Below, piece after piece: positions 25,366 through 38,684 of a DNA stretch of 64,000 nt. A program made the translations under genes and the position numbers. The notes beneath the pieces were generated by a model. The model saw only the letters and a program-made list of their open reading frames with translations. It was not told the DNA's origin and ran no database searches. Each line of letters begins with the position of its first letter. Positions within the stretch are counted from its first letter, which is position 1. Source of the DNA: Felis catus (Eukaryota); the NCBI RefSeq assembly GCF_018350175.1, contig NC_058368.1:229278001-229342000 (forward strand). Reading direction: 5' to 3'.

Positions 25366-25485
25366 TTTCTTTTCTTTTCTTTTCTTTTCTTTTCTTTTCT
25401 TTTCTTTTCTTTTCTTTTCTTTTCTTTTCTTTTCTTTTCTTTTCTTTTCTTTTCTTTTCTTTTCTTTTCTTTTCTTTTCTTTTCT
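25366..25485. repeat. (TTTCT)24 pentanucleotide array in a SINE tail
   Basis: Directly visible, perfect units. Confidence 0.97.
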
Positions 25486-25697
25486 TAAATGGTTATTTAT
25501 TTTTGACAGAGAGAGAGAGAGAGCCAGAGCATGAGCAGGGGAGGGGCAGAGAGAGAGGGAGACACAGAATCCGAAGCAGGCCCCAGGCTCTGAGCAGTCA
25601 GCACAGAGCCCAAAGCAGGGTTCGAACTCACAGACTGCGAGATCATGACTTGAGCCGAAGTCGGAGGCTCAACCGACTGAGCCACCCAGGCATCCCC
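25371..25697 (-). mobile_element. Felid Can-SINE (SINEC_Fc2-like) with (GAAAA)n tail
   Basis: Antisense body; TSD CCAGGTCATTTTTCT at 25356-25370 and 25696-25710. Confidence 0.95.
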
Positions 25698-25922
25698 AGG
25701 TCATTTTTCTGCTGACTCACTGCCCTCACACTGTTCAAGAAGCTTCCATCTTTAACAGGCCTCTTGTTTGACACCACATTCTTTCCCGCACCAACACAGT
25801 CTATCATTCACGTCCAAGGCAAAGACATTTACAAATAAAAAAAGACCATGCAGGCTTCAATTCCTCATACCCAAGTCAGTCCTCTTCATAAGTCAATCTT
25901 CTATTTCTTCTGTTTCATTGAA

Positions 25923-26139
25923 TTTTTTCATTTATCTAAAAAATTAATGTTTATTTAGTTTTGAGAGAGAGAGATAGAGCATGAGTGGGGGGAAGGGCAG
26001 CGAGCAGGGGAGACACAGAATCCAAAACAGGCTCCAGGTTCCACGCTGTCAGCACAGAGCCCGACGCAGGGCTCGAACCCACGAACCATGAGATCATGAC
26101 CTGCGCCGAAGTCAAATGCTTAACCAAACCAGGAACCCC
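25923..26139 (-). mobile_element. Felid Can-SINE with small A-box deletion
   Basis: Antisense body; TSD TGTTTCATTGAA at 25911-25922 and 26140-26151; the TGAGCCAC segment is missing. Confidence 0.93.
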
Positions 26140-27488
26140 TGTTTCATTGAAATTTCTACTGAAAGTAGAAGTCCAATGGCATCTCTGCTCAACTTAAAGA
26201 CAAATTAAAGCCTTCTTCTCAGTAATGGGAAATCATTTCTCATCAATCCCATATATCTTGGTTTAAGTTTCATTAAAGGTATAGTTGAATCTAGAGAATA
26301 CATAGTGTCTCTGATTTTATTGTTTTTCAGGAAATTTATGAGGATGTGAAAATACCAGTGCAATTCCTTTTGGAAACACCATATGTTGTGTTCAATATTT
26401 TACATTATTTAGAGAGAAAAGATAAGGAATAAATCCTGTATCTATTGTGTACCAGTTTTTTTTTAAAGAAAAACATTTAAGGATAATCTGTATCTATTAT
26501 GTTGTATTTGCCACCAAGTGAAGTTCCTGTTTGAGCCTTTTAACTAAAAAAAGATAAGAAAACTTCCTGTAATGTTGAAATGCTTTTTTTTAATGATTCA
26601 AAGGATTTAAATAATGAATAACAAACCATATATAATTAATAATATAACATACCATAAATAATTAGTGATTTTTAAAGAATTTGTTTACTAGAGTATTTAT
26701 TTAACAGTGTTTTGTTGTGTGTTTTTTTCACTTACTGCTATTACTGCATAGGTCCCGGGAGGTAATTTTTTACATACTCTCCTTGCAATAATTAACCTGT
26801 GATCTTGACTTGAGAGAGCTAAGCACAAATAGTCAACTCATGTAAAAGACCTAATATACACTCTTACAATTAGAAATACATCTAAGGCTATTGTATGGGG
26901 GAATTTATTATTTCACAGGCTGATACATGAACCCATCAAATTACTTTAAAACATAATACACACACTTCAGCAGAATTGCACACACTCTCTTGGTTGCTCT
27001 TTTAAGAAAGGCTCAAACCACCCATAGAATTAATTTTAAGAAGGCCTCAATTCAGAATTTACTATAATAAGGATGTTGGTTACCAACATTTTCCTGCAGG
27101 TAGAGATTTAAAAGATTTGAAAGAATAATGATGTTTCAAGAGTTAAAAAAAAAAAACATTTAAGACAAGCTTTGATTGGTGTTCTTTTAGGGCAAAATTA
27201 TCTATGAGGGTTGGGTTTTGGCAAAGAAGAAAGATTCCGACTGCCTTTCTAGTACTTTGGGCATACAGTATCAGTCCCCTATACACTGGGTGGTGTTTTC
27301 CAGGCTGCACAAGATAATATGAGTTTTCTTGTAGCAACTGAAAGAAAACCTGGATCTAATATCTTGCATAAGCTTCTCTGATATCTCATTATTCTTACTT
27401 TCCTCTTATTTCTCAAGTCAATAATATTGATACTTTGCTGGCTTTTGTTCATTTTCCTAATTTCCAAATTTTGGTTGGTTCCAAAATA

Positions 27489-27490
<2 letters not shown>

Positions 27491-27534
<44 letters not shown>
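27491..27534. repeat. (GT)22 microsatellite
   Basis: Directly visible. Confidence 0.97.
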
Positions 27535-27539
<5 letters not shown>

Positions 27540-28020
27540 TTTACTTTTCTAATCTTACCCTTGGATTTTTATTGCATTGTTCTAAATAACCCGCAGGTAC
27601 ACATCCCCAGCTAACCTTCCTTTTCTGGAACCCAAATGCCAAAGCCAATGCAGTATCTGCATATATATACCCACAGTGTAACTTTTGATCAAAACACCCA
27701 TTGGTTCTTTCTCCAGCCTTTCCCAGATGAGTCAACAATACCATCATGTTTTAGAATAGTTTTAAATTTACGGAAAAATTGAGCAGGTAGTACACAAATT
27801 TACCATATATACCCCTTCACATACACAGACTCATATGACTCCCTTATGAACACCTTGCAACAATGTGGTACATTTATTACACTTAATGAAATAATATTGA
27901 TACATTATTGCTAACTAAAGTCCATTGCTTATATGAAGGTTCACTCTGTTGTACACCTTTATGGAATACATGATGTCATATGTCCACCATTACAGTAACA
28001 TACAGTATATCTTAACCAAC

Positions 28021-28433
28021 TAGTAAAGAAAACAAGAACCAGACAGTAATCAAAGAGGTTAAAATCATCTTTGATTCACGGACTATTGTAATAGGAGAAA
28101 AGAGACCTAGTATATAACTGGGTTCAATTCTGATACAGCATGAACAAATGGGGATTTGTGGCCAACAAGCAGTGTGGTGGTCAGGAGATGGAAAATTGCT
28201 AAGAGGAAACATCAGAGGCCAGAAGGGATTCTGGATAAATCAATTTGGCAATATTCTTGGTGAAGGCAGACCAGGGTGATCAGATATCAAAGGTAGGGTG
28301 TTCTCTCTAACCTGGCTTAATAGGATTCTTGCTACAACTAGGCAATGCAGGTTCTGTAGGATAGATGTCAAGGTTGAGGACTAGAGGGGATAGGGGGCTT
28401 GATTACAGTTTGGTTAAGGAGAGAGTCTTTGTC
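28021..28433 (-). mobile_element. ERV1 solo LTR, MER31-like, inserted in L1 3'UTR
   Basis: Right end TTTGGTTAAGGAGAGAGTCTTTGTC is the reverse complement of the MER31 start; apparent 4-bp TSD CAAC (28017-20, 28434-37); the L1 is colinear on both sides. Confidence 0.8.
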
Positions 28434-29216
28434 CAACCTAACAATCTCTTGTGCCTTAGTTCTTCATCTTTCAAGTAAACTATCTGCCACTCCCTAGTCT
28501 ACTGGAAACCACTGATCTTTTTACCATCTGTATAGTTTTGCCTTTTCCAGAACATCATATACTTGGAATCATAAAGTATGGAGGCTTTATGTATGCTTAT
28601 GTTTATGTATGTATGTTTTCTCTAACTTAGTAATATGCATTTAAGATCACACCACATCTATTTGTGGCTTAAGAGATCTTTTATTTTCATCACTAAATAA
28701 TATCCCATTGTATATATGTACCATAATGTATTTATCCATTTATTTATTGAAGAACTTCTTAGTTACTTCTTTTTTGATAATTATGAATAAAGCTCCTGTA
28801 AACATGCATATGCAAGTTTTTGTGTAGACAAAACCTTCAAATCAATTGAATAAATACCAGAGGCACAGTTGTTGGATTGCATGGTAAGACTATGTTTACC
28901 TTTGTAAGAAACTGCTAAACTGTCTTCCAACTGGCTCTATCATTTTGCATTTCCACCAGCCATGAAAGGATTCCTGTTGCTCCACCATCACGTCAGCATT
29001 TACCCCTTTCATTTTGGGGGATTTTAGGCATTCTAACAGTTTTAGATATCTTGTTGTTTTAATTTTCAATTTCCTAGTAATATATCATGTTGAACACTCC
29101 CTTATATGCTTGCCTGCTCTCTGTATATTTTCCTAGTGGTGGCATCTGTTCATACATTTTGACCATTTTTTAAATTGGTTGCTTGTTTTTTTATTCCTTT
29201 ATCAGACATGTGTTTT

Positions 29217-29431
29217 TGTTATTATTTTTAATGTTTATTTAATTTTGAGAGAGACAGAGACAGAGTGAGAACAGGGGAGGGGCAGAGAGAGAGGGAGACA
29301 CAGAATCCGAAGCAGGCTCCAGGCTCTGAGCTGTCAGCACAGAGCCTGACACGGGACTCAAACTCACAAACCATGAGATCACGACCTGAGCTGAAGTCAG
29401 GTGCTTAACCAACTGAGCAACCTAGGCGCCC
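29217..29431 (-). mobile_element. Felid Can-SINE (SINEC_Fc2-like) in L1
   Basis: 17-bp TSD TATCAGACATGTGTTTT at 29200-29216 and 29433-29449. Confidence 0.96.
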
Positions 29432-31204
29432 ATATCAGACATGTGTTTTACAACTATATTCTCCCTACCTGAGATTATCCTTTTATTATAACAATGTCTT
29501 GCACAGAGGAAAGAAATTAATTTTAATAAAGTGCACCTTATTAACATTTTCTTGTATTGATTATGCTTTCGGTACTGTTTAAAAACACAAAACCAAACCC
29601 AAGATCCCGATCTTCCCTTTTGCTATCTTCTAGTAGTGAAGTTTTTCATTTTACATTTTAGATCTACAGTCAGTCCTTTTTGAGTTAATTTTTGTGAAAG
29701 GTGTGAGATTAGTGTCTAAGTTCACTGTTTTTTGCATAATTGATATCCAATTTTTCAGCACTATTTATTGAAAGACTGTCTTTTCTCATTTGAGTTGACT
29801 TTGCTCCTTTATAAAAGATCACTTGACTCTATGTGTCGGTCTATTTCTGAGATCTGTATTCTGTTCCATTGATCTATTTGTCAATTCTTTTACCAATACT
29901 ATGCTGTCTTGGTAGTGTAGCTTTATGGTGCGTCTTGTATTCAAGTGGCAGTAGTCCTCCAACTTTGTTTTTCTTCAGTAACGTGCTGCCATTCTGGGTC
30001 TTTTGCCTTTCCTTGTGAGCTTTAGATTCATTTAGATGTTGGTATGATAAAATAGCTTGCTGGGATTTTTGGGGGGGCTGAGTAGAATATATTTATCAAC
30101 ATGGGAATAATTGACATCTTAAAAATATTGTTTCTTCTAATCCACGAACAAGGAACGTATCCCTGTTTATTGAGATCATCTTTGACTTCTTTCAACGGAG
30201 TTTTGTGGTTTTCCTAACAGAGAACCTATATATTTTTGTTAAATTTATATCAAAACATTTCCCTTTTGTTTTTGTTGTTGTTAATATTGTAAATGGTATT
30301 GTGTTTTCAATTTAAATAAAAATCGTTCATTGCTGATACATAAGAAAGCAATTGACTTTTATATATTAAACTTATATCCTAAAATCTTGCTATAACTTCT
30401 TAGTTCCAGGAGTTTATTTTTGTAAATTCTTTTGGATATTCTACATAAACAATTATGTAATTATCTGTAAGTAAATAAAATTGTATTTATTGCTTTCCAA
30501 TCGATATACCTTTAACATCTGTTTTCTTTTTTTTATTGCATTGACCAAGACTTCCATTATGATGTTGAAAGGAATGGTGAGAGGGGCCATCCTTCCCTTA
30601 TCCCTAATCTTAGGGAAAAACATCTATTTTCTCACCATTTAGTATGATGTTAGCTGCTGCTTTTATGTAGATTCTCTTTATCTAGTTGAGCAAGTTTCCT
30701 TCTGTTCCTAACTTGCTCAGAGTTTTTATCATGATTGGGTGCTGAATGTTGTCAAAGGCTTTTTCTGCATTACCAAGTGGAGCTACATTTTAGAAATTTG
30801 GGTGGATATTATTTGTGTGAATATTTCATTTTAAGTTTTTGAAAAACACAAGGACAAATCCTATTATTTTTAACATGCTTTATGACATAACTAGTGAAAA
30901 CACTTTTGTGAAATATATTAAAACTTAAAATCATAAATGTATATTTTTATATACTAGATTCCACCTGTTTTGATTATACAATACATTTTAAATTAGAAAA
31001 TATGAACCAATTGTAATATCCTCCTTGGGATTAAGTAAAAATGTATCTGCTATTTGATCAAGAAAGGAATGTTATTGTTTTGTAGTATACTATGGGACAC
31101 TGATCTTTGGAAACTTTTGAATGCTGGAGTAGAATTCATCTCTTTAGCATAAACTACTTTGTACAGAAAAAAATATTTTATGGTAAAATATTTGTTTGAG
31201 TCAT

Positions 31205-31535
31205 TTACATTGAGTTATAATTCACATGCAATAAAATGCACCTATTTTAATTGTATCGTTCAATGACTTTTTTAGAAAATGTAGACAGTTGTGTAACAAA
31301 CACCACAGTCATGATGCAGAACGTTTCCCTAATCCAGAAAGTCCACTTGTGCCATTTTGTAGCCAGTCTCCTCCCTCACAACCAGAACCTTTCACAACCA
31401 CTGATCTGCTTGTTGTCACTGTTCATCCCGCTTTTTTCTAGAATTGTGTGTCAATGCAATCATACGTTATGTACTCTTCTGCGTTCCTTTTCTGAGGCTC
31501 AATGTAATACTTTTGAGATGATCCATGTTATGACT
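31205..31535 (-). mobile_element. L1MB/L1ME-type 3' end fragment
   Basis: ATTGAGTTATAATTCACATGCAATAAAATGCACCTATTTTAA..CAACCACTGATCTGCTT..TTTTGAGATGATCCATGTT. Confidence 0.8.
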
Positions 31536-32329
31536 ACAGAAAATATTTTTCTTCATAGATTAAATGGAACTTTAGGAAGGTGAAAGAAATCTAACAGGAT
31601 GTTCAGGGGTGGCCAAGACTTGTCTGTGTCTCAGCATCAATTTTCCTTACAGACTGGCCATTTTGTGGCAGAAAATAGGCACATGAAGTCAAGATCTGCA
31701 GTTAGTGTATCTGGAGTGTATCCAGTTTGTAATCCATCCGACATTGAGATGATTTATTATAATACCACTTTTTTTTCCTTTGGTAAATTTTTGAGGTTCC
31801 TTATCCATTTTTATTGATAAAATTATTACTGACCAGGTCACTCCCCTTCAGGCTGACTGAAACCTTGGGTATCTTGCAAGCAAAATGTGGGAGTGTGATG
31901 TAGAGGTGTGCTTCATGTTTCTTTTCAGTGTAACTGGACTTTTTCCACCTGCTCTGTGAAAACATCAAGCTGGTATGATCTGGCCCTGGGAAGACTTATG
32001 GATTTTTAAAATGTATAACAATGGGTATATTTTCAGAATTGGAATATAACAGCAGTCTGTGCTGATTGAAATGATCTAGTAGAAAGGAAAAAAAAAACTG
32101 ATGATGCAGGGGAGAGCAGGGAGAGCCATTGGTGCCATGTGCATTACTGGGTGAGGGTGTTTGAGTGCAGGAACAGAGGTGCTGGCCTGTGTAGGCGCCT
32201 CCTAAACAGTGTTTCCATGCTATACCATAAGCTATACCTGAGCTTAAGCACAAATATAGATGGTGGAAAGGTGTAGTGGTGAAACTTTACGAAGGGCTGA
32301 GGGTAGGATGGAGGCTAGAACCTGGAGAA

Positions 32330-32830
32330 GCTTAGATACTGAAAGAACATCTAAATACTGAGAGTCTTGGGATGTTGAAATCCCTGAGTGTGGTGGAAGG
32401 GGCAGTGCTAATGTGACCATGAGTCAGGAGCTAAATATTCTAGAAGTGTAGGGAAGAGATGAGGATTTGGAATAGGACTGCAAGGAGTGGAATTGTGTGC
32501 TATAATTTTATATTCTTAAATTCAAAGCTGATGGCCAGAGAGGAGTGACATGTGAACTGTCTGGAAGTGGCCACGAGGAACAAGGAAGACACCTCCTCAT
32601 CCCCAGGTCAAAGTCATCAGATGTAGGAGAGAGAAAAGGTCCCACTTGAGGGGACTGCCAAAGTTAGAAGCTTTCTCCATGAAGTTTCAGTTATTTGGTA
32701 GAGCTAGAAAGTCAAGGGCACATTGAGAGAAGAGATCAATCTTGTGGAGATTTTGCTGCTGGCAGACCAGAAGTTCCCAAGAGCAATAAGGATGATTTGA
32801 AGAGTTGGAGGTAAAATTGGAAATGGAGGG
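32330..32830 (-). mobile_element. L2 LINE, 5' part of ORF2 (endonuclease region)
   Basis: Colinear matches to antisense L2: GATGTTGAAATC, GAGTCAGGAGCTAAA, TTCAAAGCTG, GTCTGGAAGTGGC..GAGGAACAAGGAAGACACCT, CCACTTGAG..CTGC, GTTTCAGTT, GAGAAGAG, GATTTTGCTG. Confidence 0.75.
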
Positions 32831-33166
32831 TCACAATAGAGGCTGTATGAAGTAGCATGTGGATCACACTCAGGGTGACCCAGAGGTCCTAGGCTTCTGT
32901 GGAGACTACCATAAGAAAGGTTAAAGGTCATAATGAGACTAACACAGATGGTCTCAAGGCAGAGGGTGGTGGTGAGGGCTTAGTGTTTTGGGGGAAAGAA
33001 AGGTTGCTGTCTTTCCAGAAACAACTAGCTTTCTGTTTCATCCTGCCAATGAAATAATGGGGGTCAAGTACAAAAGGCTCTTTTCCACAAACAGGAATCT
33101 TTGAGGATGCCTTTTCTAAGAAAGAATCTCTGTCCTAGTCAGATACCCTAATTTGAAGGAAGAAAT

Positions 33167-33219
33167 TAGATAGATGATAGATAGATAAATGGTAGATTGT
33201 TAGATGATGATTGATAGTT

Positions 33220-33250
<31 letters not shown>

Positions 33251-33279
33251 GACAGATGGTAGACAGAAAAATGATAGAT

Positions 33280-33329
<50 letters not shown>

Positions 33330-33335
33330 CAGATA
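33167..33335. repeat. (GATA)n compound tetranucleotide microsatellite
   Basis: Directly visible, interrupted GATA/GAT arrays. Confidence 0.96.
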
Positions 33336-34521
33336 CCATGTGCTTGGCTTCCTTTTCCAAATAATTGAGGGCTTTAGTGGTAAGTAGGGGAGGTAGTAAC
33401 TCTTCTATACATCTCTCTAAGATTTACGGGACACACTTTCTGGGAAGAGGATGCTGAAAAAGATCTCTTTAGAATTTTAATGCAATATTTAGTGCTGAAG
33501 TTCTGACCTATTTCACATTTGGAAAAGTTTGATTACATTCAGCGTCACACCAGAATAATGAACCCATTACATATAATCAAAGTTACACCATTGGTCTAAA
33601 TATATTTTATGTGGAAGATTTCTCATTCATATAGTCAACCGCAACAAAATTTAATATAAAATTTAGAAATATTGGATTGATACCTGGTAATGGAGTTATT
33701 TTTCCTTGGTAGCTTTACTTAAACAGTAGGTTTTAATCTACATGTATCTATGTACCATATTAGATATCTAAAAATAAATTATCACTGAGAAGCAATCATT
33801 GTGTTCTATATACTAAAGGTTGAACAGAAGTAGTCTGAAAAAAATTTCAATCTATTGTTTGCTTCAGGGTTAAATTTGGTTTGTGTAGCCATCCAATTCT
33901 TAGCCTTTTTAAAAAGTTTTTATTGTAAATTTTACATTCAATTATATGTGTAATCTCACTATCCTGTAATCAGTTAAGTCCCAAATAAAATCTTTGAGCT
34001 CTGTCAAACTTCCATTTCACAGGAAGAGATGGTGTTATGACCCAGAGAAGACAGCACATGAACATGAAATCAGGCAGGAGTGATTTTCTTCAAATATTAA
34101 CACTTATTTTAGAGTCGGTGCATTTTTATAACTGTCTGGAGATTTGAAACCCCACTGTTTCATTGGCTGCAGGTATCAGACATTGCAAAGGGTTTACGAG
34201 TGGGACTTTAAGCCTTGGCATGAATTGGGATCTGTGATCACAAAAGGTCTTTTAGTCCTATGGCCCTCTGGTTGGCCTAATGTCATCCAAGCAGTGATTA
34301 TTTTGTATGTCTCAGAAGGATAAACTTTATGCATCTTGTAAAGTTGCATAATAAGCTATGAAGAGAAAACTTAAAAGTCCTTTTTGAGTAAACCTACAGA
34401 CACCTAGCCATTTACAATTCATTTATTTCACTGTTGGAAACCTTATCTTCTTCTTAACTGTTACAGTTTAATTAATGTGAGCCTGTAAGCTGGAATTAAT
34501 TTATCTAGTAACTAAATTTTA

Positions 34522-34719
34522 TTTTTTAAGCTTATTTATTTTGAGAGAGAGAAAGAGAGACAGAGAGAGACAGAGACAGAGAGAGAGAGAGAATCCCAAG
34601 CAGGTTCCAAGCTGTCAGTACAGACCCATCACAGGGCTTAAAGGCAGGAACCATGAGATCATCACCTGAGCCTAAAATAAAGGTTGGACGCTTAACCAAC
34701 TAATCCACCCAGGTGCCCC
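34522..34719 (-). mobile_element. Felid Can-SINE, older (SINEC_Fc3-like)
   Basis: GAGAATCCCAAGCAGG type body; 20-bp TSD TATCTAGTAAC(T/A)AAATTTTA at 34502-34521 and 34720-34739. Confidence 0.93.
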
Positions 34720-35914
34720 TATCTAGTAACAAAATTTTAAATCACTTCTGTGTTTATTTAATGGTTTTATCCACCACAAAGTAGATATTTAAACTATAAC
34801 ATTAAATGTAATAACCAATAATGTTAAAAAGTGAACATTAAGCTTTACCTAGTAATTTCAAGTGCTTTTATCTGCAATTTTATTTTTTAGTAGGAATCAG
34901 ATGATGTCTCTGGTAGTTTCTTGTAATAATTTTAATTATTTAAACTCAAAATAACGTTAAATTATAGTGTTAACATTAGGAACACATCTTTTGGATGTAC
35001 AATAGGACTTCGAAAGCAGTGTACCTTATAAAATAATGTGAATATCATTGAAGAAGATACCTTTACTCCTGGGTATTTTCAATATGGTCTGATTGAGCTG
35101 CCTGAATTTAATCTTGAAATTCATCATGGTTCTTGTTGGCCTGAGTCTTTACCCTGAATAAACAAGTTAAACAGACCAGAGAGAGCCAAAAGATTCAGAC
35201 TAAGCACAAACTGAGACCTAACAAAGGATTTTTAGAAAGGATATCTCATGTTTTCTTTTTTTCCCTTCCTATTTTCCCTACCCCCGCCCTCCAATGCCAA
35301 CTTCCCCTTCTGGAGATTTCAAGAGAAAAGCTCAGCTCCTGCATTTGGCTGTGGAAGGTCTTTAGCTGCTTCTGTCACACACCGCTAATTGTTGTGGAAG
35401 AGAAAACAACCGATTCATACTAATCATTCTGAAACAGTTGAGCTACTGGTGTAGTAATGCAGGATATCTTTTCCATAACAATTTGTGAAAATGACTCTGA
35501 TGCCACTTGAGGAGCCACAATAATTTCATATAAAGGACACCCGTTTAAATTCTGTTACATCACATAAGACTTAGTTGGATACCGGGTGAGAATTCCATAC
35601 CCTACTCTGGCTTTAGGAAAACAATTATTTTCTGGCCAACTGACCGCCTAAGACCAATTTTTGATTTGCTAGCAATAAACTAGTCTAAGGAGCTTCATGT
35701 GAATAGGGAGAAATAGAACCAATTTTAGAGCTGGCTTCTACGTACCCAGCCAGCTGAGCTATGTTTGATAAAACACCTTGAGCGGGAAAGAGTCAATCAA
35801 CAGCTCTCTTTTTCCAAAAGCAGTTTAAAAGTTATAGTTATTTCTACATAGTTTGTTTCCTTGTTTCCAAAATTTCTACCCATAACTGAACTATGTGGTT
35901 TTACACCCATTATG

Positions 35915-36168
35915 GCATTAGCATAACATATTAAGAACCCGGCCTCTAGATACAAACCCCCTTGTGTAGAATCCTGATTCTACCTTCTGTTAAAAGGATG
36001 GTCCTCGTCAATTTATCTAAATCTCTGCTTTTTAGCTTCCTTATTTGTAACAGTTGAAGAATGACACGATTGCCAATTTTGTGGGACTGTAAAAATTTGA
36101 AGAGATAATATATGTATTTTGAATAGTCTGTGGCACACAGTAAATGATGAAAAATGTGAGCTATTATT
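35915..36168 (+). mobile_element. MIR SINE, near full length
   Basis: TTAAGAAC..CTCTAGA, AATCCTGATTCTACC, AGCTTCCTTATTTGTAA, TGGCACACAGTAAATG..AAATGTGAGCTATTATT. Confidence 0.75.
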
Positions 36169-37796
36169 TCCCTCAAGATCATTTGCAAGTCTAAACACAG
36201 GGCAGGTAATCATTGTACACATGCAAGGCTTAAGCTGATAAAAAGCAAACTTCCAGGTATCATACAATAGAGAGTTGCAAAGTTCACTTGCAGGAAAAAA
36301 AAAAAACCTAAATAAATAAATATCCAAGTTGGTTTGAAGTTAGTCTTACGTGATTATTTAAATGTAATCTTTAAGAAAGCATAAATTTCTATGGAAAAAG
36401 ACTAAGTCCTCTGGCTTAGAGGTCTCAACTTTGTTCTTGACCTTGTCCTTGACTTTGTTCTCGTCCTCACCTGTGCTTGCAGGCATCTGCTGTTTCCAGA
36501 GCCATATCCCTTTCTCCCCTGAGTGCTGCTTGCCCTCCTGGTCAACTGAGCTGAAGGGTTAGCTGCTGTAATGCAGAGACTGATCTTGCTTCAACCAGGG
36601 GCATGTTCACTTGGGCTCCAGTCACCTCCTCTACCCTTCAATCTTCCAGCACCCTGACCTCTCACCTCTGCCATGAACCCCTCTTGCCTGCCAATTCCAC
36701 CACTATAACCTTAAGGACATTTCAGCAAAGCTAAATGGCAGGTGCCTCTTCTGGCCACACCGCGTTGTCCTATGACAGCTCTCCATGTGGGTAGACGGAC
36801 TGCACCCCCATTTTGCAATATGAATCGAATACCCGATATACATGTCCCCTTCTTCCAAGCCTCTGAATGTTTAGCTACAGGGTATTGGGAGACACTCTTT
36901 TTGAAGTTGTGCTCCCACAAAACCAAGGCGCATGGGAAGGAGCTGGCTCTTCTCATCCTTCCCTCTTGTGTCCTCCCCCGTCTAGCATGGATCAGACTTT
37001 TTCTGACAGAGAGTATGTGTAATGTTGCTTTTGTTTGGAGGATTTGGACTTCAGCCAATGAGCTTCTGTGGGGCTTGGCTTCCCACAATTCTAATGAAGT
37101 GAATATGTAGGTGTCACAATGTGTGGGCCAATTCCTTACGAGATTATTTGATATCAACTGAACTGGAAGAAGGCCTCATTTGGTGGCCAATTACTATTAC
37201 CTCTAAAATAATGTTTTAGTGATAGACTGCTATGTGATTTGGGGCATACAACTCTTAGAGAAGTTCGGAGAATTGGGAACATTTCCAAAACAAAATTTTT
37301 CTATTTCAATCTAAAATGAACACACAAAGAATAGATGCTAAATTTAGTCTGATTTTAGAAATAAGTAAATTAAAATAAGGAATGGGTATATGAATTGATT
37401 TTTAAAAGTTCCATCCACCTCAACTGACGATGCACTCAGTAACTCATTAATTTTTATGTTTATTATGTTTCAAATCATGAAATATATTATATTGCATTAT
37501 CAATTATTTGTAAGACATCGTATTATTAACAAAGTCAAGAAAAAATTAAAAACAAATCCTGACATTGCTGCTTTTAATAAAATGTTTTTGACCGTCACCT
37601 TACTACTCAGTATCTTAGTACTTTCTGCCATCTAAAATGTGACTAACAGTTCACTCTAAGTCATAGACTATAGATACCTGATGAGTTAATAAAAGCACTG
37701 GATGTATATTGGGAGATACTATGTGCTAATTAAAAATACCAAACCATATTATAATTACTATAATTACATTATGATTATCATTAATATAGTTTGACA

Positions 37797-38350
37797 GTTT
37801 GTTCATTTTTTTATTGCTGCCATAACAAATTATCAGTTTGTTTTGACGCAAATCTCAACAGATTAAAAGCAAAGTGTTGGCACCTCTTCATTTCTTTCTA
37901 AATGTTCTAAGGGGGAATCCATTTCCTTGCTTATTTAAGTTATTAACATAGTTTAATTCCTTGCGATTATAGGACTGAGGTCCTTGTTTCTTCCTGGATG
38001 TCAGCCGAGGGCGATTCCCAGTGCCAAGAGACCATTAAATTCCTTGGTTTATGGTCCCCTTCTTCCATCTTCAGGGCCCCGAAGACAGGTGAATCACAAT
38101 GACACTTTGAATCTCTCTTCTCTCCTTTTATTTTTCCTTCTGTTGTTTTTTTCCTGCGTAAGCTTCAGCTTTCATCTTTCACTTTTAAGGAGTAAATTGG
38201 ACCTACTCAGATACTCCAGAATACTCTTCCATTTCAAACTTATCCTTCATCTCTTTCGCAAAGTTTCTTTTTACCCTGTAAGATATCATAGTCACAGGTT
38301 CCAGAAATTGGGAAGTGACACTTTTGAAGTCCATTATTTTGCCTATGACA
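37797..38350 (-). mobile_element. MaLR solo LTR (MLT1E-like)
   Basis: TATTGCTGCCATAACAAATTA, GGGGAATCCATTTCCTTGC, TAGGACTGAGGTCC, TCACAGGTTCCAG..ATTATTTTGCCTATGACA. Confidence 0.8.
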
Positions 38351-38447
38351 TATAGAATCTAAGCATTTTCATTAGTGTGTCCGTGTGCCAATAATTGAGA
38401 GTTTGTGTCAAAACATACCATGTCATGACCTAGATCTATTTATTCTT

Positions 38448-38684
38448 TTTTTTTTTATTTTTTTTTTTTAAATTTTTTTTTCAACGTTTATTTATTTTTG
38501 GGACAGAGAGAAACAGAGCATGAACGGGGGAGGGGCAGAGAGAGAGGGAGACACAGAATCGGAAACAGGCTCCAGGCTCTGAGCCATCAGCCCAGAGCCC
38601 GACGCGGGGCTCGAACTCACAGACTGCGAGATCGTGACCTGGCTGAAGTCGGACGCTTAACCGACTGCGCCACCCAGGCGCCCC
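38448..38684 (-). mobile_element. Young felid SINE (SINEC_Fc-like)
   Basis: Near-consensus antisense copy with long T tail; perfect 16-bp TSD AGATCTATTTATTCTT (38432-38447, 38685-38700). Confidence 0.97.

Larger units (their letters stand above)
27747..30775 (-). mobile_element. L1MC/L1MD-class LINE-1 (3'UTR plus 3' ORF2), 5'-truncated, with nested LTR and SINE
   Basis: TTTTAGAATAGTTTTAAATTTACGGAAAAATTGAGCAG 3' end; CATTTTGCATTTCCACCAGC, CTGTATTCTGTTCCATTGATCTAT, GGTGAGAGGGGCCATCC and TTGTCAAAGGCTTTTTCTGCA antisense ORF2 motifs. Confidence 0.88.

Noticed and set aside
26331..26432. Acceptor TTTTTCAG followed by open frame EIYEDVKIPVQFLLETPY
   Set aside because: Runs to a stop with no donor site and no recognisable homology.
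27143..27337. Minus-strand acceptor plus 64-aa open frame
   Set aside because: No credible donor site or known protein match.
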